A DNA stretch of 64,000 nt from an uncultured delta proteobacterium. Its GTDB lineage: Bacteria > Myxococcota > Myxococcia > Myxococcales > Myxococcaceae. A program made the translations under genes and the position numbers. Numbering within the stretch: position 1 is the first letter of the stretch; each line of letters begins with the position of its first letter. This document shows positions 23,542-36,757 of the stretch, one piece after another. The notes under the pieces are model-generated. The model had not been told where the DNA came from and ran no database searches. It saw only the letters and a list, made by a program, of their open reading frames with translations. The stretch spans positions 217,562 to 281,561 of the forward strand of contig CAVYSY010000001.1 in NCBI GenBank assembly GCA_963771175.1. Direction: 5' to 3'.

Positions 23542-24693
23542 TCACCGCGTTCCGCGGGGTTCCATCTCACTCAGCGTGAGCTTGCCCTTCTCGGGGAACA
23601 CGCTCAGTGCTTCCACGGTGAGCAGCGGCACCGGAAGCGAGCAGGCCTCCCACTGTCCGGTGCCACGGAAGCGGCAGGCCACCGGGAGGACGAAGCTCGT
23701 CTGCGAGTCTGGATCGCTCATGCCCAGATCTCCCTCGGTGCGGACGACGGCTCTCACGGTGCCCGGCCCGCTGGCACGTACGCGCAGCGCCGAGAGCGCT
23801 GTCACCGGCGGCTCGAACACCGCGCTCAGTGCTCCGTCCTTGTCCCAGCGGGGCGCCTGGGGGGTCGCCGTGAGCTCCACACCCGTGGTCTCCTGGCCGT
23901 CGAAGGCTTTCTCTCCGCCCTGGGCGCCCACGAGCCGGCTCGGCTTCAGCACGGCGCTCTCACCGGCCGGCTTCGCCTGGACGAGCTGGGCCAGCGCGGG
24001 CACGCCGCCCTGCACCACGGCCGCGTTGAGCACGTTCGCGGGGAGTTGTCCCGCGCGTGCACACGCGGGAGCGAGCTGTCCGAGTACCGCCTTCTGCACG
24101 TCCGTCAGCGTGTCGTTGGGGATCGCCGCTGGCGCCAGCAACGAGCGCACCACCTCGGCGCAGGCGATGGGGGTTCCCGGCCCGGCGTGCTCCAGGTTCC
24201 ACTGCAGGGCGGCGGGGTCGGCCGATCTCCCCACGGCGAGCCCCATTACCGCGCGTGTGACCTGGCCGGCACACGGGTTGGTCGCGGCCGGACAGCGTTG
24301 GCACAGTGCGTCTAGAAGCTCCCGCAGGGGGGACGTCCCCCCATCGACGCCAGTGCGGGCCTCCAGGGCCGCGCCCAGCTCACAGGCGCGCGCTGGAAGC
24401 TCGGGGCAGGTGTCGAGCTGTTGCCGGGCCCTCGTGAAGGCGGCCGGGTCGGTGGGGGCTCGGATTGCGGCCTCCAGGGTGCGATCCAGGGTACGGCAGG
24501 CCTGCTCGCCCGTGGGGGAGCCGGGCTCCGGGCTCCGAGGGGTCACGTCGATGACCCGCTCGTCCGGCTTCGCCGGGGCAGGGGCGGAGCTCTCGGCCTG
24601 ACGCCTGGTCGTATGGGTGATGTAGTACAGGCGCAGGAAGGCCAGCAGCGCCAGCGTCATCAGCAACAGAGTTCGGAGCGGAAATCGGCGCAC
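23542..24693 (-). CDS. Membrane-anchored Cys-rich hypothetical protein
   Basis: GTG at 24693; RRFPLRTLLLMTLALLAFL anchor; many Cys; beta-rich C-terminus (KAFDG, discoidin-like). Confidence 0.65.
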   Translation of the reverse strand: MRRFPLRTLLLMTLALLAFLRLYYITHTTRRQAESSAPAPAKPDERVIDVTPRSPEPGSPTGEQACRTLDRTLEAAIRAPTDPAAFTRARQQLDTCPELPARACELGAALEARTGVDGGTSPLRELLDALCQRCPAATNPCAGQVTRAVMGLAVGRSADPAALQWNLEHAGPGTPIACAEVVRSLLAPAAIPNDTLTDVQKAVLGQLAPACARAGQLPANVLNAAVVQGGVPALAQLVQAKPAGESAVLKPSRLVGAQGGEKAFDGQETTGVELTATPQAPRWDKDGALSAVFEPPVTALSALRVRASGPGTVRAVVRTEGDLGMSDPDSQTSFVLPVACRFRGTGQWEACSLPVPLLTVEALSVFPEKGKLTLSEMEPRGTR

Positions 24694-24769
24694 GGTGCAA
24701 ACTCCTTGATTCCAGCCGGGATGGGTGGTTATCAGCGCCGCGCGAGTACATCCACCCACGGAGGCGTTC

Positions 24770-26173
24770 GTGGCTGAGACTTTCGACGTGGTGATCATCG
24801 GTTCGGGCCCCGGCGGGTACGTGGCGCCATCCGCGCCGGGCAGCTCGGTCTGAAGACGGCCATCGTCGAGCGCGACAAGCGCCTGGGCGGCACCTGCCTC
24901 CACCGCGGCTGCATCCCCACCAAGTCGCTGCTGTGGACCGCCGCGCTGCTCCACCACATGCAGGAGGCCGCGGACTTCGGCGTCGAGGTCCCCAGCCCGA
25001 TGGTGAACTGGGCCAACGCGGTCCAGGAGCACAAGGACAAGGTGGTCACCAAGGGTGCCAACGGCATCGACTACCTGATGAAGAAGAACAAGGTGACCGT
25101 GGTCAAGGGCCACGGCCGCATCGCCGGCAAGGGCAAGGTCGAGGTCACCGCCGAGGGCGGGGCAAGCAGACGCTGGACACCAAGAACATCATCATCGCCA
25201 CCGGCTCGGTGCCCAAGTCGCTGCCCAACGTCGCAGGTCGACCACAAGCGGTCCTCAACAGCGACTCGATCCTGGAGATCCATCGACCGCATCCCCAAGA
25301 GCATCATCGTGCTCGGCGCGGGCGCGGTGGGCTGCGAGTTCGCTTCCGTCTTCAACCACGTGGGCAGCAAGGTCGTCCATCGTGGAGTACATGCCCAACC
25401 TGCTGCCCATCGAGGACATCGACTGCTCGAAGGAGCTGGAGAAGCACTTCAAGAAGCGGAAGATCGACGTGCACCTCGGCGCCAAGGTGGAGAAGGTCGA
25501 GAACACCGACACGGGCGTGAAGCTGACCATGACCGTGGGCAGCGAGACCCGCACGATCGAGGCGGAGATCGTCCTGTCGGCGGTGGGCCGCGCGCCCGTC
25601 ACCGAGGACATCGGGCTGGAGCTGACGAACATCAAGCCCGATCGCGGCTTCATCAAGACGGACAGCATGATGCGCACCACCGAGCCGAACGTGTACGCGA
25701 TCGGCGACGTGATCCCCACGCCGATGCTCGCCCACGTGGCCAGCGCCGAGGGCGTGCTCGCCGTCGAGCACATCGCGGGCAAGAACCCGGCGCCCATCAA
25801 CTACGACCTCACGCCGTCCGCCACCTACTGCTACCCCGAGGTGGCCTCGGTGGGCCTCACCGAGAAGAAGGCCAAGGAGCGCGGCTACGACGTGAAGGCC
25901 GCCATCTTCCCGTTCACCGCCGTCACCAAGGCCTCCATCTCCAACGAGGGCTTCGGAATGATCAAGGTCGTCTCCGACAAGAAGTACGACGAGGTGCTCG
26001 GCGTCCACCTCGTGGGCCCGCACGCCACCGAGCTGCTCGCCGAGGCCTGCGTCGCCATGCGGCTGGAGATCACCACCGAGGAGCTCGCCCACACGATGCA
26101 CGCGCACCCGACGCTCTCCGAGATCATCAAGGAGGGCGCCGAGGCCACCCTGGGTCACCCGATCCACATCTGA
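24770..26173 (+). CDS. lpdA: Dihydrolipoamide dehydrogenase E3 (several indels)
   Basis: DVVIIGSGPGGY, GGTCLHRGCIPTK, YAIGD, HAHPTLSE. Confidence 0.95.
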
Positions 26174-26201
26174 GTCGCGACCGGGACTCCGGTTGCTTCA
26201 G

Positions 26202-26995
26202 TCAGGCCGTTCGAGACTCTTCTGTCTCGGACGGCCTTCGCATTTCGGGCGGTGGGTGCACCGGCACGTGGCCCAGCAGCTCCGCCAGGTCGAAGGCGTC
26301 CAGCAGCGCGTGCCCGTGCAGGTCGTTGTTGAAGTAGACCCAGGCCGTGCGGCCCTTGCGTCTCCACCTGTCCAGGTCGCGCGCCACCGGCCACAGCGCC
26401 TCGCGGCCGTAGCGCCCGGCGTAGCGCGAGCGTCGCCCCGTGGAAGCGCAGGTAGCGGAAGCCTCCCGTGAGACGCGGTGGAGGTACCGGCACGAGGTCG
26501 TGCTCGCACACGGCCACGCCCGTGGCGGTCGAGCACCTCGCAGCACCTCCTCGTGGTACCAGGCCGCGTCGCGGAACTCGAAGACGGCCTGGACGCCTCG
26601 GGGCAGGGCGGCGAGGAAGCGATCCACCCGCTCGGGGTCCGGCTTCTTCATGTGCGGCGGCAGTTGCCACAGCACCGGACCCAGCTTCGGGCCCAGGCGG
26701 AGGATGACGCTGAAGAAGCGCTCCAGGCCCTCGCCCACGTCCGTCAGCCGCTTCATGTGCGTGAGGTAGCGGCTGCCCTTGCACGCGAACCGGAAGCCGC
26801 GCGGGCATCTGCTCGCCTCCAGCCGTCCACCGCGTCCGCCGTGGGCAGCCGGTAGAAGGGCGCGTTCAGCTCCACCGTGGCGAAGACGCGGGCGTAGTAG
26901 GGGAGCCAGCGGCTGGCTGGCAGCTTGGGCGGGTAGAAGTGTCCTCGCCAGTGCTGGTAGACGTAGCCGCTCGTCCCCAGGTGGATGGCCCTCAT
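26202..26995 (-). CDS. DUF72 family protein (indels)
   Basis: LGTSGYVYQHW.G.FYP, VELNAPFYRLP, LWQLPP, VYFNND. Confidence 0.88.
26204..26237. terminator. Hairpin between convergent lpdA and DUF72 genes
   Basis: AGGCCGTTCGAGAC-tcttct-GTCTCGGACGGCCT. Confidence 0.6.
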
Positions 26996-27218
26996 GCGCT
27001 CAAGCATGCGCACTCCGGCCGCTCCTGGTGGCCGGCTCATCCCTTGCCCAAGCTGTGCTTAAAGGGCACTCGGAAGGGGTCCTGCTTCCCGGCGTACCCG
27101 GATGATGCCGCACTCCGTGTCGGCGTTAGATCGGGTGAGGCGATCCGAGCTGACGCCTCGCGTCAGGGCTTCTCCCTTGACCCCTGCTTTCACCCCACCC
27201 GTAGAAGGCCCGCGACCC

Positions 27219-28161
27219 ATGGCAACTCCCGATCGCTTCCCGCTCCCGCAGGTCACCGACACCACCCGCAAGCCCGAGTGGCTGAAGGTGCGCCTGCCGC
27301 ACGGGGAGGGCTACGAGCGGGTGAAGGCCATCGTGAAGCCGCACCAAGCTCGCCACGGTGTGCGAGGAGGCCCGCTGCCCCAACATCGCCGAGTGCTGGG
27401 GCGGTGGCACCGCCACGGTGATGCTGATGGGCGAGGTGTGCACCCGCGCGTGCCGCTTCTGCCACGTGAAGGTGGGCGCGCCCCCGCCGCTGGATCCGAT
27501 GGAGCCCATCCACCTCGCCCAGGCGGTGAAGGAGCTGGACCTCGAGTACATCGTGGTCACCTCGCGTGAACCGCGACGATCGGCCGGACGGCGGCGCCAG
27601 CCACTTCGCGCGCGGCCATCCGCGAGCTGCGCCGCCAGAGCGCCCAAGACGATGGTCGAGGTGCTCATCCCCGACTTCAAGGGCGTGGAGAAGGACCTGG
27701 CCACGGTGGCCGACGCCGGCCCGCACGTGGTGGCCCACAACGTCGAGACCGTGGAGCGCCTCACCCCCACCGTGCGCGATCGCCGCGCCACCTACCGCCA
27801 GTCGCTGCGGGTGCTGGAGTACCTGAAGAAGCGCCCCGAGGGGCTCTACACCAAGAGCTCGGTCATGGTGGGCCTGGGCGAGACGGACGAGGAGCTGGAG
27901 CAGACCTTCCGGGATCTGCGCGAGGTGGGCGTGGACGTGCTCACCCTGGGCCAGTACCTGCAGCCCAGCCAGTACCACCTCCGGGTGCAGCGCTTCGTCA
28001 CGCCCGCAGCAGTTCGAGGACTACAAGCAGCTGGCCGAGTCCTACGGCTTCCTGTACGTGGCCAGCGGGCCGCTGGTGCGCTCCAGCTACCGCGCGGCCG
28101 AGTTCTTCATGAAGGGCCTCATGGACGCGCGAGCGCCTGGGTCCGGCAGCGCACGGCCTGA
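27219..28161 (+). CDS. lipA: Lipoyl synthase (indels)
   Basis: [49 protein letters not shown]. Confidence 0.96.
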
Positions 28162-28211
28162 CGCGCTTCTCAACCCTCAGCACTTCCGACGGAAGACGGA
28201 CCCGACCGCGA

Positions 28212-29491
28212 ATGGCGACCTTTGAATTCAAGCTGCCCGACCTCGGCGAAGGCGTGGTCGAGGGCGAGATCGTCAAGTGGCTGGTCAAGGCCGGCGACAC
28301 CGTCGAAGGAGGACCAGGTCGCTCGTGCGAGGTGATGACCGACAAGGCCACCGTCACCGTCCCCGCCCCACGGCGGGCAAGGTGCGTGCAGGCGCACGGC
28401 AAGGAAGGCGACATGGCCAAGGTCCACCAGCTCGCTGCGTGACGCTCGAGATCGAGGGCGCCGCGCCGGTCCAGGCCTCGGGTCAGGCGCGCCCGCCGCC
28501 GCCGCGCTGCCGCGGCCGCGCCGGCCACGTCCGCCGCAGGGCGACGGCGCGCAGGCTCGCGACACCAAGGTGCTCGCCACGCCGGTCACCCGCCGCATGG
28601 CGCGTGAGCACGGGCTCAACCTCGCGGAGATCTCCGGCATCGGGTCCCCAGGGCCGCGTGACCAAGGCGGACGTGAGGCGGCCCTCGCGGGCGCCAGCGC
28701 CGCCCCGCGCAACCGAGGTGGCCGCCTCGCCGCTGCGCAGGCCCGCCCGGCCGCGCCCTCGGGCTACCGGGCCGGGCGACGAGCGCATCCCGCTGCGCGG
28801 GCCTGCGCAAGAAGATCGCCGAGAAGATGGTGCGCTCGAAGTACACCGATGCCGCACTTCGGCTTCGTCGAGGAGGTGGACTGCCACCGAGCTGGTCGCG
28901 CTCCGCAAGCGCCTCAACGACGAGCCTGGCCGCCTCGGGCGAGAAGACGAAGCTGTCGCTTCCTGCCCTTCATCATCAAGGCCGTGATCGCGGCGATGAG
29001 GAAGTTCCCGCACCTCAACGCGAACTTCGACGAGGCGGCGCAGGAGCTCGTCGTCCGCGGCGAGTTCAACATCGGCATCGCGGTGGCCACCGACGACGGC
29101 CTCACCGTCCCGGTGATCAAGAACGCGGATCGGCTCACCCTGCGGGAGCTGGCGGACGAGGTCGTCCGTCTCGCGCAACGCGGCGCGCGACCGCAAGCTG
29201 AAGATGGAGGAGCTGACGGGCGGCACCTTCACCATCACCTCGCTCGGCCAGACCGGCGGCATCTTCGCCACGCCCATCATCAACCACCCCGAGGTGGCGA
29301 TCCTCGGCATCCACCGCATGCGCAAGCGCCCCGTGGTGGACAAGGACGACGAGATCGTGGTGCGCGAGATGATGAACGTCTCCATCTCGGCCGATCACCG
29401 CGTCATCGACGGCCAGGTCGCCGCGGACTTCGTGTACGAGGTCATCAAGTACCTGGAGCATCCGGAGATGCTGTTCCTCGAGATGGCCTGA
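28212..29491 (+). CDS. 2-oxoacid dehydrogenase E2 acyltransferase (many indels)
   Basis: [17 protein letters not shown] lipoyl Lys, [28 protein letters not shown]. Confidence 0.93.
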
Positions 29492-29576
29492 CGGCCGGCC
29501 ACCTGCCGGGGGCGCGTGCCTCGCCGGGAGCGCTCGCGCACCGCGCTCCCGGCCTTCGAGGAGGTTACGCTGCCCC

Positions 29577-30994
29577 ATGGCCGAGAACGTTCGCGACGTC
29601 ATCCGCGCCGCCCAGGCCGCGGAGCTCGGGGGAGACAAGCCCCGGGCGATCGAGCTGCTGCGCCGCGCCGCCACCATGTACCGGCGCGCGGGCAGCTTCA
29701 CCCGTGCCGAGCAACTCCTGCGCTATGCCCTCCGGTTGGATTCCTCGCTCACCGACGAGCTGGAGGAGGAGATCCGCCGTCTGTCGGAGGTGACGCAGGC
29801 CACCTCGGACGTCCAGGCGTGGGCCGGGGAGGAGTCGTCGCCGGATACGTCCGCGCCCGCCCCCGATGAGGACCCCGAGAGTGGGGTGTGGGTGCATCGA
29901 GGAAGACCCCTCGTCCGGCGCCCTCCAGAGGGCCCTGCGCGAGGCCGAGCTGGCCGTGGGCCTGCGCACCGACCCCGTGACCGTCGCCGTGGAGGCCGTG
30001 CGCACCACCGTGCTCAGCATGGAGGTGTCGGCGGTCGCGGCTCGGATGGAGGAGCCCCCACCTGTGGAGGAGCCCCCGCCTGATCCGGTCCCGGAGGCGG
30101 AGGGGGCCTTCATCGAGCGGGGGCCGACGCGGGCCGATCCCTCGCTCGATGCGTGGTGCTCCTTCTGCTGCCGGCCTCGCTCCGAGGTGGGGCCGCTCGT
30201 CGCCGGTCCCGCCGGTGCGTTCATCTGCTCGGCCTGCACCGGTGAGTCGAGCACGCTGCTCGGCGGTGTGGCTCCAAGTGCTCCCGCGCGCAACCGGGCC
30301 GCGGCCCGGGGGCCCGTCACCTTCGAGCTGGTGGGCCAGGAGGCGGCCCGTGAGCAGCTCGAGCGCGCATGGGAGGCGCGGCGTGCGCCATGTGCTGGTG
30401 CTCGGACCCGAGGGCTCCGGCAAGAGCACCTGGATGCGGGCGCTCGCGGAGCAGGGGAGGGGCGTGCTCGGCCTCCCCGAGGCCCTGGACCGCGCTCCCC
30501 TGGAGGCCGCGCTCCTCGTGGAGGACGTGGACCGGCTCCCGCCCGCCGAGCAGGCCTCGCGCTGGGCGCCTTCCTGGCCCGTCATCCCGAGCGCACCGTG
30601 CTGATGACGGCTCGGGGCACTCCGGCGGCTCCGGGAGTGGTGCTCCTGTCGGACTCCGGCCGTCTGCCCATGCTCACCACCGCCGCGCTCTCCGAGGCCG
30701 TACAGGGGCGCGCTGCCCGTCGCGCTGCTGGAGCGGGTGCAGCTCCTCGTTCCGCTCGAGCGGCCGAGCATCGAGGCACCTGGTGGAGATCGCCCGGCGC
30801 GGGCTCGCCTCACGCGAGGATTGTCACCTCTCCGACGAGGTGCTCGTCGCCCTCGCCACCGAGGCGGCCCGTTCGCCCCGGGCCGGACACGAGCTGCGGG
30901 CCCTCCTGGCCCGCGTGCCTCCGGGCACGTGGCGTCTGGAGGTCAAGAAGGGGAAGGCGAAGCCGGCCCGTCGCGGTCGGCGAAAGGGGAAGTC

Positions 30995-30998
<4 letters not shown>
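29577..30998 (+). CDS. Protein with helical N-terminus, ClpX-type C4 zinc finger and degenerate P-loop domain (indels)
   Basis: CSFCCRPRSEVGPLVAGPAGAFICSAC; VLGPEGSGKST; LLVEDVD. Confidence 0.7.
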
Positions 30999-32088
<1,090 letters not shown>

Positions 32089-32100
32089 TCGCGGGGGCGA

Positions 32101-32152
32101 CCCCCACCCGCATTCCCTCTCCCATCGGGAGAGGGCGGAGTGGGGGAGGGGA
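32101..32152. repeat. REP-like palindrome between convergent genes
   Basis: CCCTCTCCC-atc-GGGAGAGGG perfect stem at 32115-32135. Confidence 0.6.
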
Positions 32153-32998
32153 CTAGAGCTTCAGGGTGTCCCGCTCCACGGCGGCGATCACCTCGGGACG
32201 GTGCTTGCGCACCTCCTCCACGAAGCGATCCATCGCATCGTCGTCGCGCGTCGGCTCGTGGTGGAAGAGCACCAGCGTCTTCACCTTCGCCTCGTCGGCC
32301 GTCTCGCACCGCGCGCCTCCCAGGTGGAGTGGCCCCAGCCGACCTTCGAGGCGCCCACGCGGCCGTCGTACTCGTCCTCGGTGTACATCGCGTCGTAGAT
32401 GAGGACGTCCGCGTCCCGCGGCGAACTCGACCAGGTCCTTGTCCCGGTCGCAGCCGTGCTCGACGTCCGTGGCGTACACCACCGACTTGCCGCCGAACTC
32501 CACCCGGTAGCCCAGGTTGCCGCCCGGGTGGTTCAGCTCGAGTCGTGCGCGATCCTCGCCGGACCCAGCTCCAGCTCCTGTCCCGAGCGCAGCGCCTCGT
32601 AGGTCGAGCTGGGCGCGGAAGATCAGCTCCGCGGTCACCGGGAAGTAGGGCTGCATCATCTGCCCCGTCCAGCACCTCCTTCACCGAGCGCCCGTCCGCG
32701 GCCGCGCCGTAGACCGTGAAGGCGTGCTTGCGCGGATCGAAGATGGGCGTGAAGAACGGCAGCCCCTGCAGGTGATCGTAGTGGTAGTGCGAGAGGAAGA
32801 TGGACGCACGCGCCGGTCCGCCCGCCGCGCAGGCAGCTCGTCGCCCAGCACACGCACGCCGGAGCCCAGGTCGAAGATGAGCAGCTCGTCGCCGCAGCGC
32901 ACCTCGACGCAGGGCGTGTTGCCCCCGTAGCGCTGCGTCTTCGGTCCCGGGGCAGGGATCGAGCCGCGCACTCCCCAGAAACGAACCTGGAAGGGCAC
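32153..32998 (-). CDS. MBL-fold metallohydrolase (indels)
   Basis: [43 protein letters not shown]. Confidence 0.88.
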
Positions 32999-33029
32999 GC
33001 TCGCCGGCGTCCCTCCTGCTTGCTCGTCG

Positions 33030-33702
33030 TCAGCCGACCTTCGCTTCCGTGTCGTCGTCGTCCTCGGCGAAGAGCTCAATGAGGTGCCCCGTCCGCTCGC
33101 GCTTCGTCCTCAGGTACTCGACGTTATGCGGATTGTGCTCAGTACGCGAGGGAATGCGTCGCCGCACGGGGATTCCCTCTTCCACCAGGCCCGCAATCTT
33201 CAGCGGGTTGTTGGTGATCAGGTCCACCGACCGCACGTCCCAGGGTGCGCAGCATCTCGGCCGCGACGTCGTAGCTGCGCAGGTCGTCCGGGAAGCCCAG
33301 CTGCCGGTTGGCCTCGTAGGTGTCCAGGCCCTGGGCCTGCAGCGCGTAGGCCTTGATCTTGTTGCCCAGGCCGATGCCCCGGCCCTCCTGCCGCAGGTAG
33401 AGCACCACGCCGCACCCATTCTGGGCGACGAAGTCCAGCGCGCGGTCGAGCTGCTCGCGGCAGTCGCACTTCAGGCTGCCGAACACCTCGCTGGTCAGGC
33501 ACTCGGAGTGGACGCGGACCGGCACGCCCTCCTGCCCCTGGACGTCGCCCATCACCAGCGCCACGTGCTCTCGCCCGTTGCGCTTGTCGCGGAAGACGAC
33601 CGTGCGCAGCACCCCTCGGGGGGTCGGCACGTCCGCTTCGGAGAACTTCTCCAGGAGAGAAGAGGTCTTTCGGGCCGGGAGAACCTGGGGTGTATCGGAC
33701 AT
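33030..33702 (-). CDS. ribA: GTP cyclohydrolase II (indel near 33240)
   Basis: [36 protein letters not shown]. Confidence 0.95.
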
Positions 33703-33769
33703 GATGATCCCTTCTCTCGCACAACATCTGGGCGGCACAAGTTGGATGCGAACCGCCGGAGTTCGTTCT

Positions 33770-34996
33770 TCATGCCCTCCAGGACAGAGGAAGCAACTCC
33801 ACTTTGTCTCCATTAGTTAATCTGCTGGCCGAAAGTGGAAAGTGGAGCAGGTGTGTGGCCGAGGCCGCCGAGCGCAGCACTCCCGACGTCTGGGTGGACA
33901 AGGGCCTGGCCCACAGCTCGCCGTCCTCCCAGGTGGCCGTCACCCGGATGTAGTGGGCCAGCCCGGGGGCCTTCTTCAGCTCGCCCGCCAGCCGGCCGCC
34001 CACGCTCGGTGGCTCCACGTCCGGGTGCCCCAGCATGCGGCGCAGCGCCGGGCGGACGAAGAGCTCGAAGGTGACGAGCGAGGAGGTGGGGTTGCCCGGC
34101 AGCCCGAAGTAGACGGTGCTCCCCTTGCGCCCCACCGCCAGCGGCTTGCCCGGCTTGATGGCCACACGCCAGAAGTCCTGCTCGACGCCCAGCCTCGCAA
34201 GGGCCTCGCGTACGAAGTCGTGTTCGCCCACGGACATGCCCGCGCTCGTCAGCACCAGATCGTAACCCTCGGCCGCCGCGAGGTGCGCGGAGACGTCCTC
34301 CAGCGTGTCCCGGGCGATGCCCAGCACCGAGGGCACTCCGCCCGCGCGCAGCACGGCCAGGGAGAGGGCGGGGGCGTTGGCGTCCACGATGTGGCCCTCG
34401 GCGGGCGCATCCGCCCGGCACAATTCGTCGCCGGTGGAGAGGATGGCCACCCGGGGGCGGCGCGGCACCGGCACCGACAGCATCCCCTGGCTCACCAGCA
34501 GCCCCAGCTCCGGAATTCCCAGCGGCGTGCCCCGCGCCAGCAGCACCTCGCCCTCCCGCGCGTCCTCGCCCCGGGGCCGTACGAAGTTCCCCGGCCCCAC
34601 CGGTTCCAGGATGTCCACCTCGCTCCCGTCGGGCTCCAGCCGCGTCCGCTCGCGCATCACCACCGCGTCCGCTCCCGCCGGCAGCGGGGCGCCCGTCATG
34701 ATCCGCGCGCAGGTGCCCGATCGGACCTCCTCGCGGGGCGTCTGGCCGGCGTAGATCGTCTCCCGCACCTGGAGGCGGATGGGCGGCGGGCCCGAGAGAT
34801 CGGCGCTGCGCACCGCGAAGCCATCCATGGCCGAGTTGTCCCAGGGCGGCAGGGTGCGTTGCGCGCGGACGTCCACCGCCAGGGCGCGCCCGAGGGCCTC
34901 CTCCAGCCGCACCCACTCCAGCGGCAGGGGAGCGGTCAGGGCGAGCGTGCGAGCACGCGCATCCTCCACGGGTAGCAGAGCGGCTTCTTCCTTCAT
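33770..34996 (-). CDS. moeA: Molybdopterin molybdotransferase
   Basis: [41 protein letters not shown]. Confidence 0.95.
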   Translation of the reverse strand: MKEEAALLPVEDARARTLALTAPLPLEWVRLEEALGRALAVDVRAQRTLPPWDNSAMDGFAVRSADLSGPPPIRLQVRETIYAGQTPREEVRSGTCARIMTGAPLPAGADAVVMRERTRLEPDGSEVDILEPVGPGNFVRPRGEDAREGEVLLARGTPLGIPELGLLVSQGMLSVPVPRRPRVAILSTGDELCRADAPAEGHIVDANAPALSLAVLRAGGVPSVLGIARDTLEDVSAHLAAAEGYDLVLTSAGMSVGEHDFVREALARLGVEQDFWRVAIKPGKPLAVGRKGSTVYFGLPGNPTSSLVTFELFVRPALRRMLGHPDVEPPSVGGRLAGELKKAPGLAHYIRVTATWEDGELWARPLSTQTSGVLRSAASATHLLHFPLSASRLTNGDKVELLPLSWRA

Positions 34997-35118
34997 GGGT
35001 CGGGCTCCCTCGGGATGATCTCCCAGGACAGATTGGCGTTGCCCCGGGCGAAGCGAAACAGGCGTGTAGCGACGGGTTGTTTTTGGGATCAAAGTCCCTA
35101 GGAATTTCAAGACTTTGT

Positions 35119-35147
35119 TTGACAGACCTGCTGATCATCGTTACAAG
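35119..35147 (+). promoter_or_regulatory. Candidate sigma70-type promoter
   Basis: TTGACA-17 nt-TACAAG upstream of ATG 35233. Confidence 0.5.
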
Positions 35148-35232
35148 CCGTGGTGATCGCGAGACCCGATATCCGGTCGGGGGAATGCGCCAACCCGTTG
35201 AGATGACACGGGATTTCAAGGAGACAGCGTCG

Positions 35233-36639
35233 ATGGCCAAGCCCAGGTCCGGGGCCAAGAAGGCGACTCCCGCTGCGAAGAAGGTCAAGTCGACGAAACC
35301 GGGTGCTCTCAAGACCGCGTCCAAGCGTGTGGCCAAGGCGGCCGCGAAGCTGGCGACGAAGGCCGCCGGAGCCGCGAAGGCGGTGAAGAAGGTGGCGAAG
35401 GTCCAGAAGCCCGCGCCGACTCCCGCTGCCGCGAAGAAGACCGCGGCTCCAGCGAAGGTCGCGGCGAAGAAGAGCGCCGCCCAGGTAAAGGTGAAGGAAG
35501 TGGCCGCCAAGGCGACGACCGCGGCCGCCAAGGCGACGACCGTGGCCACCAAGGCGACGACCGTGGCCACCAAGGTCGCGGCGAAGGCGGTCACCAAGGT
35601 GAAGGAGGCCGCCTCCAAGGCGGCGGCCGTCGCGGTGCCGGCGGTCGAGAAGCCGAAGCCCCGCGCCACCAAGCTGCCCCCCGCGGGCGAGCCCCTCAAC
35701 AAGCGCGACATGGAGCAGTTGCTCACCGCGGGTGCGGGCCGTGGCGTGACGGGGGAGGGCAGCCTCAAGGGTCGTCTGGTGGTGACGGATGGCATGCCGA
35801 ACCTGGTGGTGATCGGCCGCGACAAGCGCGAGCTGACCTTCCTGCTCCAGGGGCCGGATCAAGAGGTGCTGCCGGCCTACATGGACCACAAGGTCTCCGT
35901 CAGCGGCCTCATCAAGAAGACCACCAACTACGGCGGCACGGTGGACGTGCGGAAGTTCTCCGCCAAGAAGCCCGAGGTCGAGGAGCCCGTGGTGGTGCCC
36001 GCGGAGCCGGAGACGAAGCTGCGCTTCCTGTCTCCCGGCGAGGTGTCCCAGGTCAGCTCGGCCGGCATGGGCGCGGGGATGAAGGGCTTCGCCGCGCTGC
36101 GCGGCAACCTCGAGATGACGGGCGACGAGTTCGTGCTGGTGGTGTCCCACGGGGGTACCCGGCAGCAGGTGTCCTTCATCCTCGAGGGCAAGGGCGCCAA
36201 GGGGCTGCGCAAGTACCTGGGCCAGACGCTCATCGTCACCGGCGTGGCGGACAAGTCCTCCGGCTGGGGTGGCCGCATCGAGGTGGAGAGCGTGGAGCCG
36301 CGCCCCGCCGAGTCCCGCCCCATGTCCCGCGAGGGCATGGAGAGCGTCCACGTGGAGGGCGAGCAGTCCACCCACGTCGAGGTGAAGCTCAACCACGCCT
36401 TCACCGTGCGGCTGCAGGAGCAGCCGGGCTTCACCTGGGCCATCGAGCCCACGGTGGCCAAGCGTGTGGGCCTGCGAGAGGCCAACTTCGAGCCGGGCCC
36501 CGACGGCCAGGCCACCCGCGAGTTCTTCTTCGTGCCGCGCAACCCCGGCGCCACGGAGATCGAGTTCTTCCTGGCCAAGGCCTTCAACCCGGGCCAGGTG
36601 GAGCGCTCGTTCAAGCTCAATGTGACGGTCAAGCCTTGA
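35233..36639 (+). CDS. Histone-H1-like Lys/Ala-rich N-terminus, duplicated beta domain and chagasin/I42-like C-terminus
   Basis: About 145 aa K/A-rich with KATT(A/V)A repeats; two related segments (LKGRL..VSVSG..YGGTV / LRGNL..LIVTG..WGGRI); FTVRLQEQPGFTW...PGATEIEF. Confidence 0.75.
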   Translation: MAKPRSGAKKATPAAKKVKSTKPGALKTASKRVAKAAAKLATKAAGAAKAVKKVAKVQKPAPTPAAAKKTAAPAKVAAKKSAAQVKVKEVAAKATTAAAKATTVATKATTVATKVAAKAVTKVKEAASKAAAVAVPAVEKPKPRATKLPPAGEPLNKRDMEQLLTAGAGRGVTGEGSLKGRLVVTDGMPNLVVIGRDKRELTFLLQGPDQEVLPAYMDHKVSVSGLIKKTTNYGGTVDVRKFSAKKPEVEEPVVVPAEPETKLRFLSPGEVSQVSSAGMGAGMKGFAALRGNLEMTGDEFVLVVSHGGTRQQVSFILEGKGAKGLRKYLGQTLIVTGVADKSSGWGGRIEVESVEPRPAESRPMSREGMESVHVEGEQSTHVEVKLNHAFTVRLQEQPGFTWAIEPTVAKRVGLREANFEPGPDGQATREFFFVPRNPGATEIEFFLAKAFNPGQVERSFKLNVTVKP

Positions 36640-36757
36640 GGGCCTGCCTGGCTCTTCGAAGCCAGGACGTCACCTTCTCCCGCCCGGGGGTCCCCAGTGG
36701 GACCTTCCGGGCTTACTTTTTTCAGGGCCCGTTGGGCTCCCTCCGCTGGGACCTCTC

